Shown: positions 12,472-26,014 of the stretch, piece after piece
How positions within the stretch are numbered: the stretch's first letter is position 1
Layout: every line of letters begins with the position of its first letter
Origin: Vicugna vicugna
Taxonomy: Eukaryota
Direction: 5' to 3'
Length of the DNA stretch: 64,000 nt
Assembly: GCA_013265495.1 (NCBI GenBank)
Contig: MU058844.1
Coordinates: 3,663,895-3,727,894, forward strand
Program-made: the position numbers and the translations under genes
Notes under the pieces: generated by a model
The model's input: only the letters and a program-made list of their open reading frames with translations
Told to the model about the DNA's origin: nothing
Databases searched by the model: none

Positions 12472-14331
12472 AATGATGTGTACAGTGTATGATATTATAA
12501 AATCTTAGGACACACAGTCATTATTTTATATTTCTGTTGTGAAACAGAGTTTTGTTCAGAAAGCCATACACTATTTGATTTGGAAAAGACTTTTCAGATC
12601 ATCTCTTCTAATGGATTTTTTTTAGCAGAAATAATTCCTTTTAAATAAAATCTTAACTGGAACTCTATGATATAAAAAAGATGGTATTTTATTTGTAAAA
12701 ATAACTTTATAAGTTCAAACTGAACATATTGACTTATTTACTCTTTATATAGTGAATAAATGAAACTAATGGGGTTGTTTGGATTAATACAAACACTTGA
12801 AATCAGAGCTAGTGTGTGCCACTTGTGATGTCATGTAATCCTTAGCATCTCGTTTATTTTAGTATTTTTGTTTGCACACTATCAAAAAAATCCTGATTCA
12901 CATTGAAAACTAGTTGCAAGTGGGAGGTTTTTAGCAGATCACTTTACAATCTCGGGATGTTTTTGTAGAAGCCTTTATTCTGAGGCCCATCCAAAAATGA
13001 GTCAGTTAACCCCAGAAGCAGGAGTTAACACATTGGTTTTCAGTGTGTAACAGGGGTTTCCAATGTGCTGACAGCTGGCATACAACTCCTTGGAGTTCTT
13101 TAAATATTAGGATATTTAAAATGTTTCCCAAACTCTTAAAATGCAAATTGAGTCCAATATCGTTAAACCCTTTCCCACAGAAGCTCTTCCACAAAAACCT
13201 AGTTTTTTAGTGGTGGTGTAATAACTATTTCAGACTTCAAGGAAGTGAAGCATGTGCAATCACCAGGTTAACGCTGCTAAGTAAAATAATTTACATTTTA
13301 GCTGGGAAACGCCACAGATGGGACTGGACTCCAGGCCTCTTGACTTCTCTCCTATTTGATTTTCACAGAGAACGAATTCAACACAATATGGTAATGGTTC
13401 ACTTACTGTCAGTTTTATTCTTTTAGTTCTTTATTAGGACATGCCTTCTGGGCTTCCATCCTATCTTTTTAATGTATGTTTTACCAGCTATATTTAAAGC
13501 CCCTTGTCTAAAGGAACTGAGCCATACTTTTTTTTCTATAGCCACTAGTACAATGTGCACATAGTAGGATATTAATAACATATTGATTATGCATTAAGAA
13601 ATGAATGCACTTATTCTCATATTAACATCCATTTTTGATTATTTACTTGATGTGTATAATTTTCAGTGTGTAGATGGATCTATCCACATTTTTGTTTAAA
13701 ATTTCATGAAAAAAATTTTTGTACTCAGTTAATAAAAGGAATATATATTGACCATCCACTACGTCCCTGGCACTGGTATAATTCCATGGATACAATGGCA
13801 AGTCTTTCATGCAACTATTTCACATATTATAAATATAAGCAGTTATTCAGTAGATACCATCATGTCAAAATGGGTAGCTGTCATTGCTGAGTTTGTCATT
13901 AAATTGGGCTTTTAATTAGGATGGTGTTTTCTTCTTCTCTCACTTGGAATGGCAGTACTCTAAAACTAAAATATTCTTAGATCTCCTTTTATGTTGTGGG
14001 GACATTAAAATTCCTTCTTCAGAAATATTCTGGCTTCGCTTGACAATATTTCATGTCCCACTCTTACGTAGGAGAGTTATTACCCATTCAAGTAAAAGAC
14101 TTGCTTAGCTCTTTAATTTTCATAAGAAAATTTTAATCTTATTTTTTCCTAAACTGTTAGACTGAGCTATATACAATTGATATTTTATAGATTAAAAAAA
14201 ATGAAAATTAGTAGTTTCATATGGTTCTGCCTAGTGTATGAATTCAACTCAAATCAACAAGCTGTTTGCTAACTAACCCTTCTCAAAAGCTCCAAGGATT
14301 AAAGTGATAATAATGGAGACTTGGTTTAAAG

Positions 14332-14546
14332 CAGAGGTCAACAAACTTTTTCTGAAAGCGCCAGAGAGTAAATATATTAGGCTTTATGGGCCATACCATC
14401 TGTAGCAACTACTCAGCTACTTTGCTGTAGCATGAACTCAGCCATAGATACTAAGAAAATGAATGGCTGTGTTCCAATAAAACTTTATAAATAAGAATAG
14501 GCAATGGGCTAAATCTGGCCTGGGGTCCGTAGTTTGCTCACCTCTG
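14332..14546. mobile_element. MER58-like hAT-Charlie MITE
   Basis: TIRs cagaggtcaacaaact / agtttgctcacctctg; internal ggctgtgttccaataaaactttat is characteristic of MER58A. Confidence 0.85.
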
Positions 14547-17459
14547 ACTTAAAAGATAGAGAAATATATCCTTGGACAATGTTGTCTTGCTATGAATTGT
14601 TAATGAATTGCTTTTGCAGATTTACCTCGTGGTATTTAGCTCTAGGCTTTCGTGGGAGAAGTTGATAAACAATCTTATGAAATCTTTTATTACATTTGCT
14701 CTGGGGATGCTACATGGGAGTATTATTTAATTAATTAATCAATATTCTATGTAAAGTATTTCTTCCAGAGATAAGATCTATAATAAGATAATAATTTATT
14801 TTTTCCCCTGCCTAATTGATTTTTATGGCAATAAAAACTATAACTGACTGTTTTGCTTTTTTAACTCTGTGTTTTGCTTTTGCTACCAGGAATATCAACA
14901 CCAAATCTGAGCTTCACTACAGCAATCATGCTGCCATTTATGTTCTCTAGAGGTGAGATTCCCTTCTTTCTTATATTTGTCCTTGCTTTGATTATATATC
15001 AAACTAAATTTTCCCTCGCTTTAAAAGTTTTGCATTATAATCCGCTATTCTCTTTGGTGATTCTTTATTGTAAACTGACTGAAATTTTTGTTTATCATAT
15101 TTGAGAGTAAATACATGAAGTAAATAGATGATATATTTTTACATCTGAATGTCCAGATTTTTGCAAACTTCAGTATCTAAGGTGCTTTAATGTTAAGTAT
15201 AGACTATTCGATTTTTTAAATTCAACAAATAACTTATAAATATCTATTTTCCTGTTCTTGGAGTGTATAGTCCGATGTGGGAGACAGATACATAAACAAG
15301 TAATGACAAAGCTACAAGGCAGTTGTCACAATGGAGGTACATACACCATGCAGCCTGGACCTTTTTAAGGAATGATGCTGTTGCATGACCATCCTCATTG
15401 GCACGGTAAGGTCACTATACAGACACAAATCTTTCGTGGATAGTCATTACTTTCTATGGGTAAGCTTGAAGGCATATTAGCAATATGGTGCTTTTGTGTC
15501 CTCTATGTTCAAGCTCAAAAACGATTCTATGATTAACTCAGACTTTAAGATCTACATTTTAGAAAAACATGCTAATTTCAACTAAGATTTATTATGTAAT
15601 TGTTAAGGCCATCAGTTTAAGTCTTATATCTAAGTTAGTCTCAGCCCATTTCAAGAGTTTATGTTACAGTCCACTAGCTTTTTTCACGAGGAATACCAAG
15701 ATGTCCCTTTATGTTATATAGTATATATGAGCAAGATTAGGCTGGATGATTAAAAATTCATGAACACAATTTTAATGACATTAAAGTAACTAATAATACA
15801 AATAAGAAAAAATGTTATTCATGATTATTCTGCCTCAGTAAATTAAGCTCTTGTAGTTGTTTCTTTAATTCATATGTAAAGCATTTGAACACTGTTCTAA
15901 TTATAGTTTGTGTTGTATGTGTTTAAGCAATAATAACACATGATTTTTTCAATAGGCTATACATTTTTTTACTTATAATATTAATATCAGAAATTTATTC
16001 AGTAAATATTTATTGAGCACCTATTATGTGCAATGTTCTGTCCATATTACAGAACAATATATATATGGTCCTTGACCTAAATGTAGAGATAAATTCTTAA
16101 AAATATATATTTAAATGGTGATTAGAGTTATGATAAAAATAAAACATAGAAATGGGATAATAAGGAACTGCTGGACGACAGTGGTGGGTGGTAATCTCTG
16201 AATATCTTTCTAAAGAATGATAGAAGGAGTCAGCCATGTGGAAACCTAGCAGGGAAGAACAACTATTTTGAATTTATTTAGAATTTCCTTATGATTGGGG
16301 AATTAACTTGTTCACAAAATTTTTAAGATCAACAATATTGCAAAAAATCCAATTATATGTATTCCTCACCCTCTTTGTTCTTATGAAAATGAGAAAAATA
16401 TCTTTTAATAAATCATCATTATTATGTCATGTGGAATGATTGTATTAGCATGGAATCAGTTGGGTTTTCTTGTGGATGCTTCACTCTGAAGTCCTAAGCC
16501 TGTTCCTTTGGAGAGCCACCACAAAGTTCACTTCTTTTCTTCCATGATGGAGCTTGAGGCAAAGGGCTCCAAGGCTTTGACCTCCTGGAATGTGGCCAGC
16601 ATGGAGCAGGGACTGTGGGGTATATGTGGAGGTTTTGGAGGGTGACTTAAGGATAAAAATAAGAAAGAGGAAGGCAGATCATGGGAAATGGGACTCCACT
16701 CACAGAAGCTGACTAATGACTGAAAGATGATACAATATTAAAAGTTGACATTAGATGCTGCTCCGTTCTCTCACTACAGGTGTGTTTATTATCAACCACC
16801 AGAGAATGAGAACGTCCTCTTTCTGGTAATTAATGCTACTTGACCTGCCATACAGATTCTGCAGTTTGTGGTCGAAAATTTCAAAATGTACATGATTTAA
16901 AAAATTAAAATGCTCTTGTATTTTCTTAGAATAAATGGTCAGAATTGGGATTCCTAGGTCAATGGCTATGATTATATTTGCTGTTCTTGATATCTCACAA
17001 CATTTTTTCCAAAAAGGCTGTTTGTACCCATTTACTTAGCCCTTCATGAGCATCATCAAAGGCATGTCTTGGCAGACTGTTTAATAGATAAAATACAGTT
17101 GAAATTCTTGCCTGTAAGCATTGAATTGGAGACTGATTATTTAACCGGTCATCTGCTAAGATTGGATAAAAGTACACACTGAGTACCCTTATGGATGATA
17201 CAGTCTAAAACCCACATTAGAGCATGAGGCTTTGTTTTTTGGGGCAGCCCTCCCTGCACATGTGGCTTTTTGGCCAGTTAATGGATCCTGTATCTACCAT
17301 GAAGGTGGATCTCTGGATTCTCTGATACCACTGGTGACCACTATCTGGACACCTCCTCTCTACTATCACTCCCATTCATTACCTGAGTTCGTGATTATTT
17401 CCTTGGTGACTATGGAAGGAATTCTTGACTTCAGAGAGTATCAATTATCTATTCTTACG

Positions 17460-17750
17460 AGTTATCTAAAAACTCAGTGACTTGAACCAATAAGTATTTA
17501 TTTTAACTCATGAGTTGGTGGGCCAGTCATTTAATGTGGATAACTATTCTGGTGTCTCTTAAACTTGCTCACATGTGTCAGTTGGTTGGTTCTTAGCTGG
17601 GAGGTGATTGGGCAACTGGGCCATTTCCAATTTCTAGCAGGCTATCCTAGGTCTGTTTTCATTGTATGGAAAATGTATAGAAAGTAAGTGAAACATGACA
17701 AGAATTTGAGAGGCTGGGATAGTTGTAAACTGGCATTGACTCCTTTGTGT
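17460..17750 (-). mobile_element. old MaLR (MLT1-type) LTR fragment
   Basis: aaaactcagtgacttgaaccaataagtatttattttaactcatgag resembles the MLT1 3' end in antisense. Confidence 0.45.
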
Positions 17751-17789
17751 GGTTGATAAACAAGTCTATTTTTTTTTAAAAAGGGGATC

Positions 17790-18040
17790 ATTTAGTATAG
17801 TCATTAAAAGCCAAGACCTTGGAGCCAGTCCCTGGATTCAAATCACAGTTCTATTAGTAGCTAACTGTGTGTCCTTGGCCAATTTATTTAATTCCTCTGT
17901 GCTTTAGTTTTATAATCTGTAATGTACAGATAATAATGATACACTCTACCATACTGGGTTGTAGTGAAGATTAGATTAATGTATATATGTAATATGTTTA
18001 GAACAATGCTTGGTACATAAAAATGCTAAGAGAAATATTA
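17790..18040 (+). mobile_element. MIR SINE, near full length
   Basis: cctggattcaaatcacagttct...gctaactgtgtgtccttggccaatttatttaattcctctgtgctttagttttataatctgtaa. Confidence 0.85.
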
Positions 18041-18195
18041 TCTGTTAAAATATTTTAGAGGTAATATTTCTCTTGTGGGTTGCTTTGGTTTCTTCAGCTA
18101 CCTTCTCCTGGGAAACTCAGCTTCTCTTCTGTTGGTTTAGGCAAGGCCCTTCAACTGGCTATTTTTGACTTAGGCTTAGGCCTCTGCTTCCCTTA

Positions 18196-18420
18196 CAGGA
18201 CGTTTGGTCCTATTCAAAATGTCCATTTCGGTCCATGCCATAATGTGCTTGATATTTGGTCATATTTGGTCCTGTCAACAATGTCCATAAGACATTTGGT
18301 CCAAAACCATTTGGCATGGACCAAATATGCTTATGGACATTTTGGACAGGACTAAATTCCAAGGACCTTTTGATGTGGACCAAACGTCTTATGGATTTTG
18401 TGGACAGGATCAAATGTCTG
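18196..18420. repeat. modular imperfect palindrome (2 direct + 2 inverted ~47 bp units); probable ancient MITE
   Basis: Unit consensus ~gacatttggtcctgtccaaaatgtccataagacatttggtccatgcca appears twice forward (18198-18310) and twice reverse-complemented (18312-18418). Confidence 0.8.
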
Positions 18421-19409
18421 CTGACCCTCAGCTTCTTGTAGACCAACACGTTACTGGGTGGCTTCACTCACTCAGACCTCTTTTTGTGTGGAATCCACTT
18501 CTGGAGGCTCATGGCCAGGTTCCCTCATAGGGTCCACATTTGTGCCCTGCCACAGTACTCTGGGAAACTCATATTTTATTATTAATTCCTATCTTCAAAT
18601 TTGAAAGATGATGGTATTAGCATTTCTAGTTTTGCCTTCATTTCATCCCACCCTTCAACTCCTAGCTTCAGTCATGGGTAATTTTTATATTGTCTAAATA
18701 GTTGACAATATTGTCAAGAAATATTGAAAATGTTTCTTATTATTTTGTAACCATAACTAAACATTTAGTGTTCTGTATATAGGAGGTGTTGAAACTTCAA
18801 AAGCTATGTAGGACTGGGTAGGGCAGGCATGAGTTAAATAGAATGACACTTCCAAGTGCATGCTCAGTGTTGCCTGCAAGAATATGAACACAGTGATGCA
18901 AAATATTCTAGTGTTTTAAGAAAAGCCTGGTAATCCAAATTCTTATGTGCAATTGTCCGATTTTAAAGTGCTGGAAGCTTATTAATTAAAACGCACTGAC
19001 ACACTCACACACACACAGCAGGTCAAATAGAACACTTCTGTTAGTTGGATGTAGCTCACTGAACTACCAATTTGTGACTTTTTGTGTGTAGACTGGGTCT
19101 AAAGTTTGTAAACAAATAAATGCTTTTATATTTTTATAGTTTAAAAACTAATATAGCCTATCAAATGGTATGCTAATTTCCTTTCTTAAATAAACTTTTT
19201 TTCTTACTTTTCTTAGTTTTTAATTTAAATTATCTCCCCTTAGTAAATGCTTAACGTCTCTCAACTTAGTAAGAAAACTACCAACTTTAAGAAACTCTTA
19301 TTTTTCCCGGGTGTTTCCGTCTGGACTGATTGCTCTTTTAAAATGTTTGCAGTTTTTAACCAGGGACTGATTTTTTTTTTTTTTTTTTTTTTTTTTTATT
19401 TCTTGGCTT

Positions 19410-22400
19410 GAAGTTCTCCTTTCTTCATTTCCTCCCTTGTTTTCCTGGAAAACATCCTTAAGTAAGTTCCTTAGAGAGGGTGTGTGAGAAGTAAACATTC
19501 TGAGTCTTTGTCTGAACTGCTTCTATTCTATATTAAATCTGATTGCTAATTTGCCTAGATACAGAGTTATATGGGCTTAAAATTATTTTCCCTAACATTA
19601 AAGCCATTTTTCCCATTGTGACTATTGCTTTTTAAAGTTTCTTACTATTGGCTTTTTAAAAATACATATTACATGTGTAACTTTGCAATGTTTTCATTAT
19701 TTAAATATAAAGATAAAAATTTACATTTATATCAATGTTTGGAGGAAAATCAAAGCAAATCTAAGGAGAACAGAATGAAGGAAATAAAGTCAGGGTTGAT
19801 CACGTGAAATCTGATACCAGTCCTAGTCTCGCTTGTATTTTTCTCTAACAAGAAACTTTAAGGATTTTTGTTTATCCTTTGTGTTCTAAAATTTTATAAT
19901 GTTGTGTTTAAGTTGGAGTATTCTGGAGTGTTTTTGTCTTCATTGTCCAAGGCACTTAGTAGAACCTTTTTATCAAAATACTAATGTTCTTTAGTCCTGG
20001 AAAATTCCTTTTATGAGTCTTTAAAAAAAATCATTTATCCCTGCTCCCTTTTATTTTTTTATTCTGGTTCATTTTGTAGTATAAATGGAAGCTGCAATTT
20101 GAATGTCGGCTAGAGTAACTCAACTTTTATAAACTGAGTCTACAAGAGCACTCAGATTTACTTTTTCATAATTGCTTGTTTTCCTCTTTTAATTTTATTT
20201 TTTCATTCTGTACAAGTTATACATGTGAATAGACTTAAAAGCAAACAGTTAATAAGACTTACTTTTAAAAAGAGCAGTAACCTCTTCAACTTTCTACCCT
20301 CAGTTTTCATTTCTATTTTAAATCCATCTACTTGTTTCTTTTAGTGTCTGTTTCCACATCTCCAAATGACATGCTTACACTGACCTTTTTTTTCCATTTT
20401 AGATACTATCTATTAATTTCTTACTTCGAAGCCAAGGATTTAATTTTGTAATACGTGCTTCCCCCTCCTCTCCACTGAAATACTTTTCCTTCCCCATTTT
20501 CCAGATATAACCTTATTCATTCTATTTAATTAAATCAGAATTTAGTGTTTATAACCATACAGACTTTATTCACAGATGAACTATGTAATATACTCTAATT
20601 TCATTTCCTTCCCTATATAAACTCTTTTTTCCTGGAGTCTACCTCTTTTGCTTTTGTTTCATTTCCTAAGTACCTATCACAGCTCAACTCCAAACTTTTT
20701 GCCAGAATTTCCTTTTAATGCATTCAAATATATCAAATAATTTCTTAAATTATCACTTTGTAGTTAACCTGAAACTAACACAATATTGTAAATCAGCTCT
20801 ACTTCAGTTTTCTAAAAAGGCATTGCAGTTACCTCTGGGATCTAGCTACACTGTTGTTTCTTTGGGATCTTCCTTCAGCATCATCATGGAAAAATCCCTT
20901 CAACTCTCTCCTGTGTTGGAGATTCTGCTTCCTGGTTCTCATCTCCTGGTTCCTCTTTCTTGGTTTACCCTCTCTACTGATTCCAGAGAATAGGAGCACG
21001 GGAAGCACATTTTTTTGAGACTTCTCATGCCTGAAATATTTTTAGTTTATTCCCACTCTTGATGGATAATCTGTCTGGGTACAGACTTTAATACTGGATG
21101 TCATTTTCTCTTAGAATTTTCAAAGCATTACTTCACCACCAGGATTGCCATTGGAAAATCAAATATGATGTTATTTTGATTCTTGGCTTCTGATCTACTT
21201 TTCTTTCTGATCTGGGAAGATCTAAAATCTTTCCTCTCTTGGTATTTTGAAAGTTCATGATCTTAATGTGTATTTTTCTTCATTCACTGTATTGGGAATC
21301 TGGTGGGCACTTTCAAGCTCAGCTTTAATTTTTCCTTGATTATCTCCTTGACAAAATCTTGCTTTTTGTTTTTCTATTCTTTTCATCTAGAACTTCTGTT
21401 GGTTAAATGTTGAACATTCTGTCTTGTTTTTCTTGTCTTCTAACTCTTTGTCTTTTGTTTTACTGTGTAGATTGTGATCTCCACTTTACCCACCAATCTT
21501 CCTATTGCATTTCAAATTTCTGATATCACATTTTTAATTTCAAGAACTCTTTCTCCTATTCATAATGTTCTGTTAAAAATAACATCTTGGTTTTTGTTCC
21601 ATAGTTGGATTATCTTCTCTTATTTCTCTGGGGATATTAATTTATTTGGAGAAGAGTTTTTCTGCCTCTATCCTGTCTCATTCCTCCCAGTTTCTTTTAC
21701 TGTTTGTTTTGGTTGTTGTCCCTCATATTTGAGGTTTCCCTCAAATGTCTTGTGTCCTCTGGGTGTCCACTCATACTTAAATTTAATTCACTAAAAGGCT
21801 GGCTGGGAACTCCAACGGGCTTTATTCCAGCATGGTTGGATTCGGATGCTTCACTGGGGGACCCACAACCACAGTATCTGTAGATCTTTTCTCACAGGCT
21901 AGTCATCTTGAGATTCCCTTCTCAGGGATCTAGCTTGGCTGCTGGTTTATTCTGGGAGCTGAGAGAGGAAAAAGGGATGACTCCCTATTCGGTATGTCCA
22001 TCGTGACTTAAATGTTTTCTTTTCAATTATCACCTCTGAATTCAGCTGTTCATGATATAAAATCCCCCTGTTTCAATCCCTTCATAGAGCATTTTTTTGT
22101 TGGTGAGGAAGGGAGAGTTCTTTGCCTGAGTAGGCTGGGAAAAGTGAATCTGGGCAAGGAGCGGGCCTAATTGATTTTGGCTTTTGATTCCAAGTTGCTT
22201 TCAACTATGAATCTGTTTCAGCCACATCTTTACCTCTCTTTTAGAGGTAAAAGATCTCTTTGATTTTGAAACATTCCAAAGTTCTTTGATGTAAGTACCT
22301 TATTTCTGATTTTACTACATTGTTGGTGTGTGTTTAACTTTTCCCATTTTAATCAGTTAGTCATCCCCATTTATTCACTTTATAGATTCCAAAATTTTGA

Positions 22401-22520
22401 TTCTGTCATTTCCTTCACTGTCTTCATTTTCCTTGTAGATTGTATCTTTATTTTTTTCATATTTCCTTCCAGTGTCATTTTAGTTAAGTGTGGGAAAGGA
22501 ATGAAGATCAAAATACATGC
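19410..22520 (-). mobile_element. highly diverged, fragmented L1M/HAL1-type sequence
   Basis: T-rich strand bias and motifs such as ttccttagagagggtgtgtgagaagtaaacattctgag and tcattttctcttagaattttcaaagcattacttcac, typical of antisense ancient L1 ORF1 regions. Boundaries approximate. Confidence 0.55.
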
Positions 22521-23144
22521 TCAAATTGTCATGTTGAAACAGAAGTCTCTGTTTCATTTTTTAAATATTTACTTAACAGGATGTTAAAATTTGGGAGGAT
22601 TTAAAAATAACAAAATCACACAAAATTCCATTACTTTAATATAACTATTTTGAAAATTATTGTTCAAATGTTTACATATTTTGTCATAATTTTACTTATA
22701 CTTTCATCTATTTTACATCTGTTTTCTTTGTGATTTTATTTACAATTTCATCATAAATGTTTTATATTTTCCTATAAGAAATTTGCAGCTATGGCTTTAT
22801 AATGTTTCATTGTGTTGATGTCACATTATTCACTCAGTCAGTCTCTAATGTTGAATTCTATTTTTCCCCTATCATTCATAATATCAAAACAAACATTTCT
22901 CTACTTTTTTGCCTTTCCTGATTTTCTTTTCCTAAAAATATATTCCTTACAGGATAATGACTGAATCCAAGAGGAAGAACATCTTTATGGGGCCTGTTAT
23001 ACATTTCTGTATTGGTTTTCCAAAAATTCTATACAAAATTTTAATACCTTCTTAATGACTGAAGATTATTTTGCCAATTTTATTTTTATTAACAAATTGG
23101 TCCTTCAGAGCACTTTCCTAAAACAAAGATCTTGTCCTAGAGAA

Positions 23145-23370
23145 GTGTTCTTTTGAACTGTCTTTGCTGTACACATGTTTCTGAGAATCTGATTAAGCCT
23201 ATGGACCTTTTCCCCATTAAAGTGAATTCCTTCAGCTATGGAGTGACATGCATGTGCATACGTACACACACACACACACACACACCCTTCTACACTTAAT
23301 TTCAGGCACTTGGTGAGCTCCTCTGAACCCTGTTCAATGGACTCTGGTGTAAGACCACAATCTCTAAAGT
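23145..23370. mobile_element. hAT-Charlie (MER103/MER5B-like) MITE with internal (CA)n
   Basis: gtgttcttttgaactg...ctctgaaccctgttcaatggactctggtgtaagaccac. Confidence 0.45.
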
Positions 23371-25671
23371 GCCTTTCAGACCATGAGCACCAAATTCCTT
23401 TGCTATTGAGAAATTCAAACAGATAAAATGGAATCACTGAATCACTGAGGTACTATAAACTGGGATTTATATGTTGCTCTTTCCCTTACCATCATGATTA
23501 TGGTGCTAAAATCTACGGCCACGGAGAGTGATGAGAAGCTGATTTTTCTAGCCTTTGCCCAATTCCTGTCCCTTAATGTTGCTCCATTACCTTGGATTTA
23601 TTGGCTAGAAACATGATCACTATATAGGCTGGGTACACAAGCTTTATCTAGTCCAAAAAATGAGCAAAACAGGAAGCTGAAATGGGGATTGAGTGTGAGA
23701 AACTTGGAGAAAAATAATAGAAAGAGCATGTGGAAGTAAGACTGGCATATTCTGCAGTACTGTTCAGTCTTACATGATAAAATGCATATGGAGGAACTGA
23801 AATTAGAACTCTTGGTAACCATGGGAACAGCACTATTATGGCTCAGTTGTTAGAAAAACAGCCCTGGGATTTCTGTGCAATGGAAATGATTGTTTAGATA
23901 ATGATACATCTCCAGTGTGAGGACTGATAGTGAGGTGCCAGCATAATTGGAAATAGTGGGCCAAAATATGAGGAACTTCTAAAATCCAGGTTTCCAAAGT
24001 ATTTCTCCTTGAAATAAATACAATTAAGCTTCATAGGAAATTCCAGCATTTGGCAATCTGCAATGTGACATTGAAATTTTATGGACATAATTTCCTATAT
24101 GTCCAGAATTTTCCATATTCCTCCTCTTTGTATATGATATATTTAGCAGTTTTTCAGTAGCTTGCTCCTGGAAAAAAGTCATGTGAGATTTCTATTATTC
24201 TAGTCTCCAGATCCCAGAGTTAATTTTAGAAAGAGAGTTTAGAAGTTAAGTGCAGAGTAATCTCAAAAGAGGAAATTTATCTACATATAAGGAAGTACTT
24301 AGTTTTGTGTGATCTTTGTTATGAAGAAACTTTGTAATAATAAAACAATTAACATTTAATTCAAACATAACATGTTGTATCAGGAGCCATGCTTCTTGCT
24401 TCCAAAGACAAAGGCAGCCACCAAATTGTTTCTATCACTTTTGATATTTGTAGAATGTTAAACTGAGGCTCAGGAATGTTAAGTGATATTTCTAAGGTAA
24501 TAAATTGTAAGTAACCAAATGATGACTGGACCTCACTCCTCAGTCCATGTCATATTATATCCAAATCTTGTGCTCTTCCCACTACTCCATGTAGTCATTA
24601 AGATCTGCGTCTGCTAATTTTGCTACAAACAGACATGTGTGTTGTTTCTGATTCACTGCAAAATTGAGAATTCATATTGCTGTTCCTGATGCCTGGTATA
24701 CACTTCCCTTCATTCATACAGCCTCCTATTCATGGCTCAGGTCAAATGCCACATCCTTGCATTAAACTTTCCTGTATCAACCCAGTTGAACCATCTCCAA
24801 CTCCTTGACATTTCCATGACATTTAATTTTACACTTTGTATGTTCTTTTATAATCTTCTTCTTTTACTGAGTCCATGTTTGATTTAGCTACTTGAATTTA
24901 CCTTATACATGATACAAGCCCACACACTCATTCATTATAGGTTGCTAGTTTCATCAAATGACCAGATTGTGTTGGTTTCTGGATATCTTCAGGTAACCAG
25001 ACAAAAGAGAAGAGGAAAAGTTGCAGGAATATGGTTAATAATTTAAAAAGTATAATGTTTTAATCCTTTCCCTCCTTCTGAGGGAAGTTTCTATAGAATG
25101 AGTAGTTTCTGTAGCATGCATAAAAGCTTGCTTGGGAAGAAAGCTTTGGAAGAAGACTGAAAAGAATTCCTTTTAGTGCTCAAAAAGGCATGAAACCTAG
25201 GGTTTCATGCAACTGCATTAAGCTAAATAGTTGATAATTTAATACACAGACTTATTTTCAGTGGCTTCAAGACCTCAGAAAAAGTGCAGCTTCATCAACC
25301 TAACTGACATCAATGATAACCACGACTATTGTAAACCCAAAACATTCAATTTCTCCAAAGGAATTCCTAGATCTATTCACTGCCAGATATGTTGTTTCCT
25401 TCTCTATATCTGAAACATCGTTTTGCAGAACTGGTCTAACTTATGGCAAACTCTATGTCTAAAAACTTTGCTGTCCTTCTGAGTTTAACTGACTGCTTTA
25501 AAAATGCTTGTTGTCCCCAGGTTTATGAGTCCAGGTACAGGCATGGAATGGCAGAATCTCTACAAGCTACAGATTGCTGAAAGTATCAACACACTACCTG
25601 TTTTTTCTTACCTGCTTTATTTAGCCATTTTAACATGATCATATTTTTCACTGGACTCAAATTGTATATAT

Positions 25672-26014
25672 ATGTGTATATATATGTGTATATATATATA
25701 TATACATATTTTTCTTTCTTTTTCTTTTTAAGATTTTCTTTTTCAAGCATGGATTTTTTAAAAATTTTTATTTTTTTTTATTGAAGTGTAGTTGATATAC
25801 TATGTTAGTTTTAGGTGTACAGAAAAGTGATTCAGTTTTATATATATATATATTCAAATTCTTTTTAATTATAGCTTTTTAAAGAAATTGAATATAGTTC
25901 CCTGTGCTATACAGTAGGTTCTTAGTGTTTTATATATAGTAGTGTGTATCTGCTAATCTTAAACTCCTAATTTATCCCTTCCTCCCCTCATTCCCCTTTG
26001 GTGACCATAGTTTG
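25672..26014 (-). mobile_element. short LINE-1 3' end; tail partly converted to (TA)n microsatellite
   Basis: attgaagtgtagttgat...gttccctgtgctatacagtagg is the same 3'UTR as 11087-11340. Candidate TSD tcaaattgtatatat 25657-25671 / tcaaactgtatgtat 26015-26029. Confidence 0.85.

Noticed and set aside
18196..18420. CRISPR-like repeat array
   Set aside because: Mammalian DNA; the units are inverted relative to each other, degenerate and lack unique spacers; no cas genes.
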